Below are positions 19,143 through 29,860 of a DNA stretch of 64,000 bases, piece after piece. The stretch lies in the sequence record ON287370.1, one strand, 5' to 3'. The translations under genes and the position numbers were made by a program. Numbering within the stretch: the first letter of the stretch is position 1; every line of letters begins with the position of its first letter. The notes under the pieces are model-generated. The model did no database searches, was not told the DNA's origin, and was given only the letters and a program-made list of their open reading frames with translations.

Positions 19143-20840
19143 CTATTTATGTTCTCTAAACTTAAGTCTGTGTTCAGTAGCTTCATAAAGCTCTCGGTCT
19201 TCAGGTCGCAAACCAGTATACTTATCGTCGACCAAATGAACACGCGGCATAAAGAAGCCACGAGAATCTGGACTCGGTTTAGTAGAGAACTGATAAGACA
19301 CCACGAATGGCTGAGAAGCATGAATGATACTACCGGGATGGTTGGGATCAAATTCTTCCTTCTTCTTACCAGGACCGCGATTGACGGTGGATTTGGTTTG
19401 AAGGATAATTCCCAGACCATAGTCGATGAATGGATTATCGGTACCAGTCTGTTCGAGTATGGTATTGTTTTCACGTACGGATTTATCAGCATTAAACAGA
19501 CGGAAGTGTGCGTCAAGTTCACGGTTGATAATCTTTGGTGTGATATTACTTTTATTACGAATCATGAACTTAAAGTCGTTCGCTTGGTGAATCAGGAAGT
19601 CAACGATGAATTCCATAGAAGCTACTTCTTTATGTAACATGTTCGCAGGATCATACAGCTTGATCAAGTTAGAATAGTTCATCATCAAATAGTTCAGCAA
19701 CTCATAAGTGTCACGAACTTCAATGTCAAACTTATTATACTTGTCGATGGTGATATCATCAGCATATTCTTCTACAGAACTGAAGTGCTCGTTCATCTGA
19801 CGCAGATAGACATCAGGTAGAGTTTTAGCTGGAAGGCGAATAGAACATCTGCCAATGATCAGACGCCAATAGTTAATGTCATCCAGACGACGAATATCTA
19901 ATTCATGACTGAAGACACCAAACATAAACAACAGGCCAGCAGTATACTGCAATGCCAAGTTGGATATCTCACCACCTTTATTAGCACTTTTAATTGCAAT
20001 GGCTGGTTCATCTAACAGCGGAGCACCTTTAGGGCGATCGAATGCTTTTGGATGAATACAACCTGTGTTGGAATAGATCTGCCAACCTTCAGACTCTGGA
20101 CAGATGTCGAGCAGAGTGTCAAGGGTATCGATCATGTAATCACATTCTGCAAATTGTTTCATGCAGTGTGTGAACCCATATTTACCAAACACATACCAGG
20201 CCAGTAATGGGATAGGAACTTTCTTACTGGTAATCTTGCGATCGTTTTTGGAGTTATAGAAACGGTTTGCTGGAAGCGTCATATTGATCGCGCCAGTGTT
20301 GATTTTATTACCGCTGCGGAATACCCGGTTAAAGGTGTGGATCTCTTTAGTTACTTTAAACTTATAACCCAGTACCCTGATGAAGATCGTTTTATCACGA
20401 CCACCATCAACAGACGGACCACGTTCGGACAATACATACTGCATGGAATATGTAGAGTTACGAGTATAGACGTCGCCATAGATATTGGTATAAGGTAAGA
20501 ACATCAGAGGGCATTTAAGTTCAGATTCGATTCCGGTTACTGGATCTTTAAAGTGGTTCTTAATGCGAACACCAAAGAAACTGTTCTTGGCAATCTCAAA
20601 GTCCTTAGTCCCACTGCTACTAGATCGAGTGATAGAGTTATAAAACTCCAGAGGACAAACTTCCTCAATCCCATCGAAATAATAACCCTTTTCCTGTAGA
20701 GACCTGAACATGTTTTCGAAACACTTGGTCAGGTGTGGTACAATCCTGTCCATGTCCTTCTTATGCCACCCATCAACCAAAGCCTGGGTAAAGCCTCCGC
20801 GTTGCTTTCTCACCATCTTCAGAAATTGTGGATCCATCAT
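19143..20840 (-). CDS. Non-virion RNA polymerase beta subunit, N-terminal part (phiKZ gp123 / SPN3US gp77-like)
   Basis: PLMFLPYT...TYSMQYVLSERGPSV resembles the RpoB PLMT..GTF.ING.ERV..SQL.RSPGV region. IIHASQ...STKPSPDSRG resembles RpoB DVHPTH...ETPEGPNIG. Size (565 aa) and position two genes from the capsid gene agree. Confidence 0.75.
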   Translation of the reverse strand: MMDPQFLKMVRKQRGGFTQALVDGWHKKDMDRIVPHLTKCFENMFRSLQEKGYYFDGIEEVCPLEFYNSITRSSSSGTKDFEIAKNSFFGVRIKNHFKDPVTGIESELKCPLMFLPYTNIYGDVYTRNSTYSMQYVLSERGPSVDGGRDKTIFIRVLGYKFKVTKEIHTFNRVFRSGNKINTGAINMTLPANRFYNSKNDRKITSKKVPIPLLAWYVFGKYGFTHCMKQFAECDYMIDTLDTLLDICPESEGWQIYSNTGCIHPKAFDRPKGAPLLDEPAIAIKSANKGGEISNLALQYTAGLLFMFGVFSHELDIRRLDDINYWRLIIGRCSIRLPAKTLPDVYLRQMNEHFSSVEEYADDITIDKYNKFDIEVRDTYELLNYLMMNYSNLIKLYDPANMLHKEVASMEFIVDFLIHQANDFKFMIRNKSNITPKIINRELDAHFRLFNADKSVRENNTILEQTGTDNPFIDYGLGIILQTKSTVNRGPGKKKEEFDPNHPGSIIHASQPFVVSYQFSTKPSPDSRGFFMPRVHLVDDKYTGLRPEDRELYEATEHRLKFREHK

Positions 20841-20849
20841 AACTCCTAG

Positions 20850-21938
20850 TTACATCGCTCTTAATAAAGAAGCAAAGCTAATGAATGTTTTAATGTTGGT
20901 GACCACGAGACTTATTAATCTCGAAATTCCACCTAAAGCATTATTAACGTTGTTTTCTTTTAGATTTTCCGTAGTGACTGCGTGTTTAAAATCACTGTGG
21001 GCTTTATTGATCTTATCGATAACTGATCTACTTTCCAGCTCATCAATTTTACTTGCGAGTTTCTTGTTCTCAGTTCTCAGATCTTTACATTCTTTTCTTA
21101 TTTTGTCTCTCTCGGTCATAACCGTTATGGTATACTCTCCTAAGCCAAATTTTCTGGCATCTATTTCAGTACGATGTATATTCAGTCCTAACATTCTTTT
21201 AGGTTGAATAAGTTCTTCAATCGGAATAAATTCTTTATGCTCTAATCCTAGTCCGCCGGCTAAATATAGCCCTTCTGCTTGCTCCTCATCTTTTACTGGG
21301 ATAATCCTGGTCACTTCGCCGAACCCTGTGGTCCATAAAGTACCAACTCGATTATGGTTATCAATTAATCTGGCAGAGAACAAAGTACGAATACCTTTAT
21401 CTGTACCTCCATCAGCTTTCTCATCAACTTCTTTCAATTCCTGCATTATGATATCGTTGATATATCCTTCTGGAGTATTGCCATGCGATTTATCAACAAT
21501 GTTATTTGTTGCACGGATGGTAATTCCCAACAGGTTGGATTTAGCAACTGTATTCTGCAGATAGAAGTCTAAACGTATTTCTGCCTGACAAGGTACTCGA
21601 ATCTGATTGTGTTCAGATTCATAAGCCCCTATTCTATTTTCCCTTGCATGATCGACAGCTGCCTTGAAAGATTCAAGATACATTCTGTCTGCAGCAAGTT
21701 GTGCATCCGTACTTGGAACCCTAACACGTCTAGGATCGATTAAGCGAGTTACCCTGATGATTACCTTCCCTCGGTCCTCCAACCTTGCTGGGCGTTCATC
21801 AGATCGCAGTACTTCACATTCTACACCTAACTTATCAGTGATAGTGATATCAAAGTCAGTATAGTTGAAATACTCGATTCCTTCGACATATGGAGTGTCC
21901 CAGCCGTGATGCCAATTATCACCGCTAACTTTGGCCAC
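20850..21938 (-). CDS. Conserved hypothetical protein with a C-terminal coiled coil
   Basis: 362 aa, SD GAGGA, between the capsid and nvRNAP genes; heptad-like ERDKIRKECKDLRTENKKLASKIDELES. Confidence 0.7.
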   Translation of the reverse strand: MAKVSGDNWHHGWDTPYVEGIEYFNYTDFDITITDKLGVECEVLRSDERPARLEDRGKVIIRVTRLIDPRRVRVPSTDAQLAADRMYLESFKAAVDHARENRIGAYESEHNQIRVPCQAEIRLDFYLQNTVAKSNLLGITIRATNNIVDKSHGNTPEGYINDIIMQELKEVDEKADGGTDKGIRTLFSARLIDNHNRVGTLWTTGFGEVTRIIPVKDEEQAEGLYLAGGLGLEHKEFIPIEELIQPKRMLGLNIHRTEIDARKFGLGEYTITVMTERDKIRKECKDLRTENKKLASKIDELESRSVIDKINKAHSDFKHAVTTENLKENNVNNALGGISRLISLVVTNIKTFISFASLLRAM

Positions 21939-21971
21939 TTATATATCCTCTTATTTATAAACGATCATACG

Positions 21972-22002
21972 TTTACAAGTAGATAATATCTGCCTAAACA
22001 TT
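21972..22002 (-). promoter_or_regulatory. Putative early promoter driving the nvRNAP operon
   Basis: Minus strand GTTTAGGCAGATATTATCTACTTGTA; same motif as at 15834, 51764, 52459, 59378 and 63960. Confidence 0.65.
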
Positions 22003-22027
22003 TTTAGAGATAATTTTCGATAGACAG

Positions 22028-22068
22028 CAAAAACCCCCTACCCCAGGCTATGCCCAGGGTAGGAGGGA
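22028..22068 (-). terminator. Intrinsic terminator after the major capsid gene
   Basis: Minus strand CCCTCCTACCCTGGGC-ATA-GCCTGGGGTAGGGGG followed by TTTTTG. Confidence 0.85.
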
Positions 22069-22106
22069 AGCTATTGCTTATTTGAGAGATCGTTTACAAT
22101 GTACTA

Positions 22107-24278
22107 TTATGGTACATCGATAGCGATTTCTTTACCAGTGCCTTCAGTCTTGCCTTCAACAGCAATCTTACCACTGATTTCAGCCAGGTGTTTGTTCACT
22201 TTAGTGATCAGACCTTCGTCGCCCAGCAGAGACTGGATGTCTTCGATGGTTACGCGGCCAACAACTGGGCACAGCGGGTGGTGCTGGTAAGCAGGCTGAG
22301 TGATGATCATGCGGTATTGACGATCAGCCTGGTTTACAGAGCCTTCGATAACCAGCAGTTCTTTAGCTACACAAACACCCATACCACCGAAGATGTCAAC
22401 AGAACCTTCTTTAGTCATGGAGGTTGGAACGATCCACATACGACCTACTTCAGAGCTGATGTTAGTTTCAACGATGTTGAACTTAACATTTTCACCGAAG
22501 GTACGGTAGTCACCGGTGGTCATCAGGAACGGAGCCAGCGCAGCGTGAGCTACGATGGTGTAAGACTCAGGACGGTTGTCCAGTTCTTTCAGAGCAGAGA
22601 TGTTCGAGTTAACACGCAGAGCAGTGATCACGTCGTAGATCTTGTTGACGAGGGTTGCTTCGATGTTGTCACGAGTATCTTTGCTATCCAGGGTAGATAC
22701 TTCTTTAACCAGGTTCAGAGTTGCTTCGATACCAGTGGTACCCAGGAAGTGCTGACCAGGCAGTACGGAAGAGGAATCGTCGTTGATGTTAACGATCTTC
22801 ATACCGTTGTTGTCGTAGACGTAGTTAAAGTGGATATTAGCCGCTTTAAATGCATCGTGAGACATGTTACGGGTAACCATTACGTCCATCTGCTGTACCA
22901 GCATTGCCAGTACGTCAGCGTTGTTATCTTCGTTCAGCATTGGATACTTAACAGAGATAGGTTGACGACGGTTGATGTTGTAAGATTTAACGGTGTTAGC
23001 GTAAACAACAGTAGTACCATAACGGCTACGGTTGGTGTTCGCGTGGTTCAGTTTCAGCAGGATACCGTGGATAGAAGCTTCCAGTGCCTGAGCAGTGATC
23101 AGAGCAGTGATGTCTTCTGGCATGCCTGGAGTACCTGGGACCAGTTTGTCGCCGTCTTTGTTAATCACGTAAGCGATAGCAACAGGAGAAACGGTTGGAG
23201 ACCAGCTACGGGTAGAACGGCTGTAAGTAGCGCTCAGCTCGAAGCTCAGGAATACTTTCAGACCAGCGTCAGTCAGAGACTTGAACAGTTCGGTAGCTTT
23301 ACCGTCTTTGTCTTTCAGGTTGGTTACATTGATGCCGTTCAGAACGAAGTTGATCTGACGTTTTTCATCGGAAGTAACACCAGTAGAAGGACGAGCAGCA
23401 ACGCCAGCCATGTTTTCGGTGTCCAGAGTTACAAAGCCTTCACCATCTTTGGTTTTAACTTTGAACAGCAGGGACTGCAGACGGATCGAAGAAGCTTCGA
23501 TTTCATCGTTCTGCTCGAATGGTGCAGCACCAGGTGCACGGCACAGGCTCAGCAGGTTGTTGATTTTGCGAACGGCCAGGTAGTTGGTTTTATGAGTTTC
23601 ACGGCCCAGCAGGTCGTTAGCGTCATAAGTAGCATCCCATGGAGCCCAATCAGCAGAAGGAACGAACATAGCGGTGTTCGCATCAGCTGGGTTAGCAGGC
23701 AGTACAGGAACCAGTTTCAGGTCGTCACCAGCGTTGAAGGTGGAGTCAGCCAGAACGGAAGCGATAGGACGCAGATCTTCCCAAGCTTCGTTAGCGTTAC
23801 CAGAGCTGTTATATGCACCAACACCAGCGATGTCGATTGGCAGAACCAGAGCTTCTTGATCGTAAGGAACAACCAGAGTCGGGAACAGAGCTTCAGCAGC
23901 AGCCCACTGACGGTTAGAACGGGCGTTCAGGTCGATGGTGGCAGCTTTCTGACGAGCAACAGCACCTTGATCCAACTGCATGGAGAAGGATTCCATACCG
24001 CCGTGTTTGATCATGTCCTGCAGCTGTTGTGCACGCTGGTTGAAGTTCTGAGTACCGTTGATTGCAGAGCTAACTGCATTCTTCTGGTTGTAACCCATGG
24101 ACTTTTCAAAGTTACGCAGGGTAGAACTCATGGATTCTTTACCAACGATGCTTTCCAGACCCAGGTTAGCGCCAGTGTGCGCAGAAGGGTTGGTGGAGAA
24201 ACCGTTGATCAAGGCTTTAAGATCAGCACCAGATTTAGAGGTGATGAAATGGAAGTTCTTAGAAATTTCTTGAGACAT
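22107..24278 (-). CDS. Major capsid protein (phiKZ gp120 / SPN3US gp75-like)
   Basis: 723 aa with extreme high-expression codon bias (stop-free antisense frame), an N-terminal propeptide with GxE sites, and a strong terminator. It lies between the DnaB-like and nvRNAP beta genes, as in phiKZ-like phages. Confidence 0.85.
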   Translation of the reverse strand: MSQEISKNFHFITSKSGADLKALINGFSTNPSAHTGANLGLESIVGKESMSSTLRNFEKSMGYNQKNAVSSAINGTQNFNQRAQQLQDMIKHGGMESFSMQLDQGAVARQKAATIDLNARSNRQWAAAEALFPTLVVPYDQEALVLPIDIAGVGAYNSSGNANEAWEDLRPIASVLADSTFNAGDDLKLVPVLPANPADANTAMFVPSADWAPWDATYDANDLLGRETHKTNYLAVRKINNLLSLCRAPGAAPFEQNDEIEASSIRLQSLLFKVKTKDGEGFVTLDTENMAGVAARPSTGVTSDEKRQINFVLNGINVTNLKDKDGKATELFKSLTDAGLKVFLSFELSATYSRSTRSWSPTVSPVAIAYVINKDGDKLVPGTPGMPEDITALITAQALEASIHGILLKLNHANTNRSRYGTTVVYANTVKSYNINRRQPISVKYPMLNEDNNADVLAMLVQQMDVMVTRNMSHDAFKAANIHFNYVYDNNGMKIVNINDDSSSVLPGQHFLGTTGIEATLNLVKEVSTLDSKDTRDNIEATLVNKIYDVITALRVNSNISALKELDNRPESYTIVAHAALAPFLMTTGDYRTFGENVKFNIVETNISSEVGRMWIVPTSMTKEGSVDIFGGMGVCVAKELLVIEGSVNQADRQYRMIITQPAYQHHPLCPVVGRVTIEDIQSLLGDEGLITKVNKHLAEISGKIAVEGKTEGTGKEIAIDVP

Positions 24279-24391
24279 AGTTAAAATACCTTTTACAAAG
24301 TCTTTTTGAAAACAAATATATTTGTTCGCGTTAGCTAATATTTTTACGCATAAGATAGATATACGCTAGATATCAACTGTTACACAAAGTA

Positions 24392-24943
24392 TTAGCTGAT
24401 AACTTTAGAAACTAAATAACCGAGATCAATATAGTTTCTTTGGCTTACTGTTTCTTTTAAATCTTTGGTTGGACGGAAGTACAATTCAAAAATACTAAAC
24501 GAAGACAGCAGTGCCTGGTAAAGAGAACTGGCCAGGTTCCCCTGCACATTTGTAAACCAGTTGCTATTCACAGTATTATTACTGTTAAGGATAAACAACT
24601 TACCATTAAAGAGATGGTAGTAGAACTGATGACCTAAATTAATACGAGAGTCAGAATTAATTACTTCATCATATTTTGTTTTATAGACCACGCCTTTACG
24701 ATTAATGTCACCGATTGTAATATCACTGGCATAATCATAAGTTGTACTCTTGAAACCACATAATTGTTTTTCTACACCACGTTGGAACTTAAGCCATTCC
24801 AGACAGTCTTCATCTGAGACCTCCGGGAACTTCGGTAGCAACGGCAATTGTGAGAGTTCAAGACCTAAAGAATTCAACAGTTCGAAGTGATGTTCTTGAA
24901 GGAAGTACACCTCGATGTCACTTTGACCAGATTTAAAGATCAT
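24392..24943 (-). CDS. Hypothetical protein between the capsid and helicase genes
   Basis: 183 aa ORF with an AAGGT SD; syntenic position. Confidence 0.6.
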   Translation of the reverse strand: MIFKSGQSDIEVYFLQEHHFELLNSLGLELSQLPLLPKFPEVSDEDCLEWLKFQRGVEKQLCGFKSTTYDYASDITIGDINRKGVVYKTKYDEVINSDSRINLGHQFYYHLFNGKLFILNSNNTVNSNWFTNVQGNLASSLYQALLSSFSIFELYFRPTKDLKETVSQRNYIDLGYLVSKVIS

Positions 24944-24980
24944 AACCTTACCTTTAAAGTTTTATACCTAGGAGCAATAA

Positions 24981-26519
24981 ATGAACAACCTGATTCGTCT
25001 AGTCAAACTGGCACAAGCAATGTTCCAAGCTTGGCGTTTAGATGACAAAGATTTAATGGATGAAATCCTTTTGTTATCTGAGGACGTTCCTAAAAGCAAA
25101 GAAAGCTTAGTTCAACAAGATAAGAAAACAGAAGCCCTGCTCCGTAAATTACTAGGGTGGTTTAGAGAGCAACCGAATGACTCTAACATCATAACATCAC
25201 TGTTAACCCCTAAGGTAACTGAGATTATTCTTCTTTCTCCTGAACTTGAGAAGCTGCTCAACGAAGCATTCAAATCAGATTTGGGTAATGAAGATGCTAG
25301 ACAGCTAATCTTCCAAATTATTAAAGAGTTACGTGATATTGCTTCAAGTAACAAGTTCGCTATTCAATTTAAGAATATGGTTCGTCCTTTCTTATTTGAA
25401 GGTGAGAGTGATTTGAGTAAAGAAGACTGGATGAAGCTCAATGAACTCATTGATGAAAAGATAGCTGATTTAAACGATAACACTTTTGATAAAGCAGTTG
25501 TTGAATCAACAGGTTCTGATGACCCTACCTCTATCATGAATGTTATCGATCAACTTAAAGTTGAAACCTCACCAGAAGGTATTATCAAAACTGGTTTAGC
25601 TGGTTTGAATGAAGCTCTGTATCCAGATTGTGGATTACGTCGCGGCCTGATGTACATGATCGAAGCACTGACTAACCGTGGTAAGTCATTTGGTCTTGCT
25701 CACTTGATCGCTTCTGTTCCACTCTATAACAAACCGGTACTTCGTAATAAGTCCAAGATTCCAACAGTTGTATTAATGTCAGCTGAGGATAGCTTGGGTC
25801 TGATCTTTAAACGTATGTATGAATTGTTCGTTACAGCTAAGACCGGTGTTAAACCAGACTTCTTCTCAGCAACTACTGAGGATGTTGTAAACACTATTCT
25901 TAATACCTTTAAAGAGAATGGTTGGTCCTTCAAGTTCTACCGTGTTAACCCGTCCCATGATAGCATTCATGAAATCATGCAACGTATCCGTACACTGGAA
26001 CTGAAAGGTCACGAAATCATCGTAGGTGCGTATGACTATCTGGCAATGGCAGATCTTACTGGCTGCCAAGGTGAATCACGTTCTGATAAACTACAGAACC
26101 TGTACAACCGTGCTCGTAACTTCTTTACTTCTCGTGGCGCTGCTTTCTTAACTCCTCACCAGCTTAACCCAGAAGCTAAGAAATTCATTCGTGAACAAGA
26201 TGATGATTCTGAAATTTACTTTATCCGTGATGTTGGCGGCAAGTCAATGACAGAAGGTTCAACCAAACTGACTAACGAAGTTGACTGTGTAATCGGTCTG
26301 CATGTAGCTAAACTTCAAAACAATGAGTGCTGGTTCACTTACTACGTCGGTAAGATGCGTGGTGAAGGTGCTCAAGAAAGTTCTCGCTTTGGTATCTATC
26401 CTCTCGACCCAACTAACGGTCTAGTTCATGATGTTAACTTTGAGAAGAAAACATTCCGTAAATCTTTAGCACATAGAAGTGAAGCAATGGGCGGTGGCTC
26501 AGACTTTGATGATATCTAA
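24981..26519 (+). CDS. dnaB: DnaB-like (SF4) replicative helicase (phiKZ gp118-like)
   Basis: Walker A-like ALTNRGKS, VVLMSAED, IIVGAYDYLAM (H2/Walker B), LTPHQLN (H3) and GKMRG (arginine-finger region). SD AGGAG. Confidence 0.85.
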   Translation: MNNLIRLVKLAQAMFQAWRLDDKDLMDEILLLSEDVPKSKESLVQQDKKTEALLRKLLGWFREQPNDSNIITSLLTPKVTEIILLSPELEKLLNEAFKSDLGNEDARQLIFQIIKELRDIASSNKFAIQFKNMVRPFLFEGESDLSKEDWMKLNELIDEKIADLNDNTFDKAVVESTGSDDPTSIMNVIDQLKVETSPEGIIKTGLAGLNEALYPDCGLRRGLMYMIEALTNRGKSFGLAHLIASVPLYNKPVLRNKSKIPTVVLMSAEDSLGLIFKRMYELFVTAKTGVKPDFFSATTEDVVNTILNTFKENGWSFKFYRVNPSHDSIHEIMQRIRTLELKGHEIIVGAYDYLAMADLTGCQGESRSDKLQNLYNRARNFFTSRGAAFLTPHQLNPEAKKFIREQDDDSEIYFIRDVGGKSMTEGSTKLTNEVDCVIGLHVAKLQNNECWFTYYVGKMRGEGAQESSRFGIYPLDPTNGLVHDVNFEKKTFRKSLAHRSEAMGGGSDFDDI

Positions 26520-26528
26520 ATAAAGAAT

Positions 26529-26560
26529 CTAGAACTAGGGGCATCAGCCCCTAGTTCTAG
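26529..26560. terminator. Bidirectional terminator
   Basis: CTAGAACTAGGGGC-ATCA-GCCCCTAGTTCTAG is a perfect 14-bp stem between convergent genes. Confidence 0.85.
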
Positions 26561-26566
26561 TAGTTG

Positions 26567-27910
26567 TTAATCAACTTTAAATTCTGCTCTACGTTTAACA
26601 AACAGTTTTAATATAGTTGTTCTTTTCAACATTGGCTTAGCATAGCTAGTGATCGGTATGTAGTCTGTACGGTATCCTAACAGAACACCACGTCTTACCA
26701 TCATCTCACTATCGCTATACATATACTGATAGCGCACAGGGTGTCCTGGCTCCAAATAGCCTACATCACCATTACGCCATTCAACTTCTATGATCTCACC
26801 TTCGTTAATTGCGTTCTGAGAAAGTGGAACACATAAGTTACCAGTGGGTGCTTGGTTAAGTGGAATCCATTGTTCACCATCACGCCGGTTACTAAGTTTA
26901 TACTCTTGTACTGTATCAGCACGTGTTGTAATAGCTCGACCATTGTTATAGTGATAACCAGTGTCACCAGCAATAGCGTCACCCATTACTAACCTTTGAC
27001 CAATACCTTCGTTCTGTTTGTGAATGTCAGCATTGTCAGTATGTGAAGCTTTACCGCAAGCTATGATTGTCATTGCAACATTGGAACGATAGAAAGTAGA
27101 ATCCAAATCAGGAATCTTGTTTTCTGGCACACGGATAATATCCAAAGGTCTTGGATGAGTATCAACTAGCTCTGTGTTATAAAGTGGAACAACCCACCAA
27201 TAGTTCTGTTTGTAGTAACAGCAGAGTCCTTTCGTATAAACACCATAGTCATTATCATTCTGGAGGATAACCGGAACATTAATAAGTTTAGTACCATTAG
27301 GAATCTCTATAGAGTCGTAACGGTTGGTGTTATCGATAGGCTGATGGAATTGCATTCCCTTATAAGAATCCCAACCTGTGAGTCCTGCCTGTCTGGAATA
27401 TGTTTCCATGACGGTGGCAATAACATCAGCAGTGGTGGTCATCTGATAGATGTTGGACACTGGGACGTTCTTTAACTTAGCAAATCCACGAGACATCAAC
27501 TGGAACTCATAAGGAACTAAGTTAGTCTCGTCTAGAGCGTCTATGTTAACGGCACCAGTGTTATTCCCCTCAGCTCTCACGTCAGTGGATACAAGTGGCA
27601 CCGCAACGAACTCTCTTAGTACCCGATCAGATTCTGAATCAACAAAGAGTTGAACAGTCAAGTCATCACGGAAAGGAACAAGCTTGTTAAAGTAGATACC
27701 AGGCTGCAGCCTTACACGGATCTGAATAAGATCAGAGCGGTTATTTAGAAAATCCCCATACTCCATAAACCTTTCAACACCTAGGGCCGTATATTGACCC
27801 TCAGGAGTTATAAACACTGCAGTCATGGTAACTGTACTTGCAGCATTGTTGGCGTAATCAGCAGTAGACTTAGCTTGTTTAAGGAATGCTTGAATTTGGG
27901 TGGCTAACAT
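26567..27910 (-). CDS. Virion structural protein, possible baseplate hub (phiKZ gp101-like)
   Basis: 447 aa, beta-rich; the C-terminal IEVEWRNGDVGYLEPGHPV segment is reminiscent of gp27/gpD-type hub proteins. Assignment from recalled synteny. Confidence 0.5.
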   Translation of the reverse strand: MLATQIQAFLKQAKSTADYANNAASTVTMTAVFITPEGQYTALGVERFMEYGDFLNNRSDLIQIRVRLQPGIYFNKLVPFRDDLTVQLFVDSESDRVLREFVAVPLVSTDVRAEGNNTGAVNIDALDETNLVPYEFQLMSRGFAKLKNVPVSNIYQMTTTADVIATVMETYSRQAGLTGWDSYKGMQFHQPIDNTNRYDSIEIPNGTKLINVPVILQNDNDYGVYTKGLCCYYKQNYWWVVPLYNTELVDTHPRPLDIIRVPENKIPDLDSTFYRSNVAMTIIACGKASHTDNADIHKQNEGIGQRLVMGDAIAGDTGYHYNNGRAITTRADTVQEYKLSNRRDGEQWIPLNQAPTGNLCVPLSQNAINEGEIIEVEWRNGDVGYLEPGHPVRYQYMYSDSEMMVRRGVLLGYRTDYIPITSYAKPMLKRTTILKLFVKRRAEFKVD

Positions 27911-28548
27911 TACAGACCCCCGATTCCATTCAGTAATCCACTTGCACTACCGAAGGACATTCCCGACCCACCGGTTTGACCTGTGGCAGATCTGTATTCA
28001 TCCACATGGGAAATGAATGAAAGTTGTTCATCCATATCAGACCCAAACATCATTCTACCACGTAAAGCATCCAATAGTGTCATTTGGCCGCTGTGACCAA
28101 CGCCAAGCGCTTTATTGATCTTCTCATAGTGGTAGTGGGCATATGCACTAAATAAGTGCTTAGCGAGCCGCTCAATGAGTTCTAGCTCACTTAGATCAGG
28201 AGTTCGTAAATAACCGATATCTCTTTTGATTTCAATCCAGTACTGTATCCAGGTTTGGATTGAGTTGTAGAGGAAGGGAATATCCTGACGGGCATTGCGG
28301 AAACCAATTTGAAGGTCATCCCCCATTATCTCTACTGCTTGTAAAATACGCTGGACTGTGAAAGGACGTTCCACTGGAATTTCCAACGTTTCAAATCCCG
28401 TCAACGGAGGATTATTCTTCGCTCTGTCTAATTGCTTAAGTGTCATGAAAGAACTTAAGGGAATCGACACAATGAATGTTTGTTCGGTAAGAATCACATA
28501 GAGTTTACGCAATTCATTACGAAGATAAGTGTAACGTTCTAATTCCAT
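27910..28548 (-). CDS. Conserved hypothetical / virion protein
   Basis: 212 aa ORF, translationally coupled (TAATG) to the next gene. Confidence 0.6.
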   Translation of the reverse strand: MELERYTYLRNELRKLYVILTEQTFIVSIPLSSFMTLKQLDRAKNNPPLTGFETLEIPVERPFTVQRILQAVEIMGDDLQIGFRNARQDIPFLYNSIQTWIQYWIEIKRDIGYLRTPDLSELELIERLAKHLFSAYAHYHYEKINKALGVGHSGQMTLLDALRGRMMFGSDMDEQLSFISHVDEYRSATGQTGGSGMSFGSASGLLNGIGGL

Positions 28549-28558
28549 AATTTTACCT

Positions 28559-29860
28559 TTATGTGTAGCTGCTATTAGTGATCAAGGCTTGCTTGATTGC
28601 ACCAACATAAATGCCCGACATATAAAGTTTGGTCTTATCGTCCAGAGTCCAATATTTCTCAAGCACTTGTACCAGACCATATTTATCGATAGTTTTATCT
28701 CTAAACATTTTCCAGACAAATTGCTCAGTCTCATTACCCGCACCATCATAGAAACCATCAGAGAAGAAATAGCTGTAAGCTTCGCCAGGTGTACGTGGGC
28801 CATTATAACCAGGTGGGACTAAGTTAGGAAGTAATGCACCAGTAAATGAGTAAGGGCCTTGTTTAGCCGAGTCCTCAAATACGTTGATCATTCTATCCAT
28901 CTTGGAGAAATACACGTTACCGTACATACGGGTGTTTAACATGTCCCGACGATCGTGAGTCCAATACTTTTGTTCGTAGCGTTTAGGCATGCTGAAGTCA
29001 TTACGATAGAACATATCCCAAACTGTTAAAGGTTGGTTAGCTCTGCGACTATCAACATAGTAGTTAGGATCCAGCAGTCTGATCTTTCTACGTGCACCGA
29101 CAACTTTCTGTGGGAATACGTAACTTAAGAATTTTGCCAGGTATGGATCGTACAGACGATCGTCCTTTTCATTAGGGATAATGATTGTATCTTCATCCAT
29201 AAAGTAATGGTTGGCAAGAATATCATCCACAATAGCAAACTCAAAATCATAGAGCTTCTTATTGAGATTATAATCATTCTTAGTCAGTACTGCGTTACCG
29301 CCGTCTACAGCTGTGTCTTTGGAGTAGTAAAGTTCTTCAATAACTTTCTGGTCCAAGTTCAGCTGTATTTCATTGGTCATTATCGCTGTCAGTTCAGCTT
29401 CAAGATAATAACATTTATCAGCGTGGATAGTTCTCAGTTCAGGCTGTTGAGTTACGACATATAACCCAGCTTTACCATCACCAATATCTTTAACAAACAA
29501 GTCACCTTTGTTTGGTGTCAAGTCAAACAGAACATACCCAGTAAGTTGGTTACTACCTTGACCGTTAACAGGATCAAAGTTGTAGTTACCATTACCATTA
29601 TCGATCTTGATGATCAGGTTATGGATGCGTTTATAAGAAGAATAGGTTTGGATTGATTCAGGTTCGAATCCTTGTTGTTCTTCATCACGACCTAATGACT
29701 GACGGTAGTAGATCGTTCTGGTTGGCATGCCAGGAACAAACGAGAGTAAACTGGTATGAGGAATATAGCGAGACTCAATGATCGTATTCTCATACGACTT
29801 AGGTAAAGTTACTTCCTCTTTAGGTTTCTCAGGTTGTCGGCCAATAATAGTCTGCGCCAT
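28559..29860 (-). CDS. Virion structural protein (neck/tail); start re-assigned to 29860
   Basis: MAQTIIGRQ start with a GAGG SD; conserved structural block. Confidence 0.6.
   Translation of the reverse strand: MAQTIIGRQPEKPKEEVTLPKSYENTIIESRYIPHTSLLSFVPGMPTRTIYYRQSLGRDEEQQGFEPESIQTYSSYKRIHNLIIKIDNGNGNYNFDPVNGQGSNQLTGYVLFDLTPNKGDLFVKDIGDGKAGLYVVTQQPELRTIHADKCYYLEAELTAIMTNEIQLNLDQKVIEELYYSKDTAVDGGNAVLTKNDYNLNKKLYDFEFAIVDDILANHYFMDEDTIIIPNEKDDRLYDPYLAKFLSYVFPQKVVGARRKIRLLDPNYYVDSRRANQPLTVWDMFYRNDFSMPKRYEQKYWTHDRRDMLNTRMYGNVYFSKMDRMINVFEDSAKQGPYSFTGALLPNLVPPGYNGPRTPGEAYSYFFSDGFYDGAGNETEQFVWKMFRDKTIDKYGLVQVLEKYWTLDDKTKLYMSGIYVGAIKQALITNSSYT

Noticed and set aside
22188-24284. 698-aa plus-strand ORF antisense to the major capsid gene
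   Set aside because: It mirrors the capsid gene codon for codon. Highly expressed genes avoid TTA/CTA/TCA, which leaves the opposite frame stop-free. No SD or promoter, and the composition is unnatural.
29661-29671. GGTTCGAATCC, a tRNA T-loop consensus
   Set aside because: It lies inside a coding region (Q-G-F-E-P on the minus strand), with no acceptor, D or anticodon arms around it.
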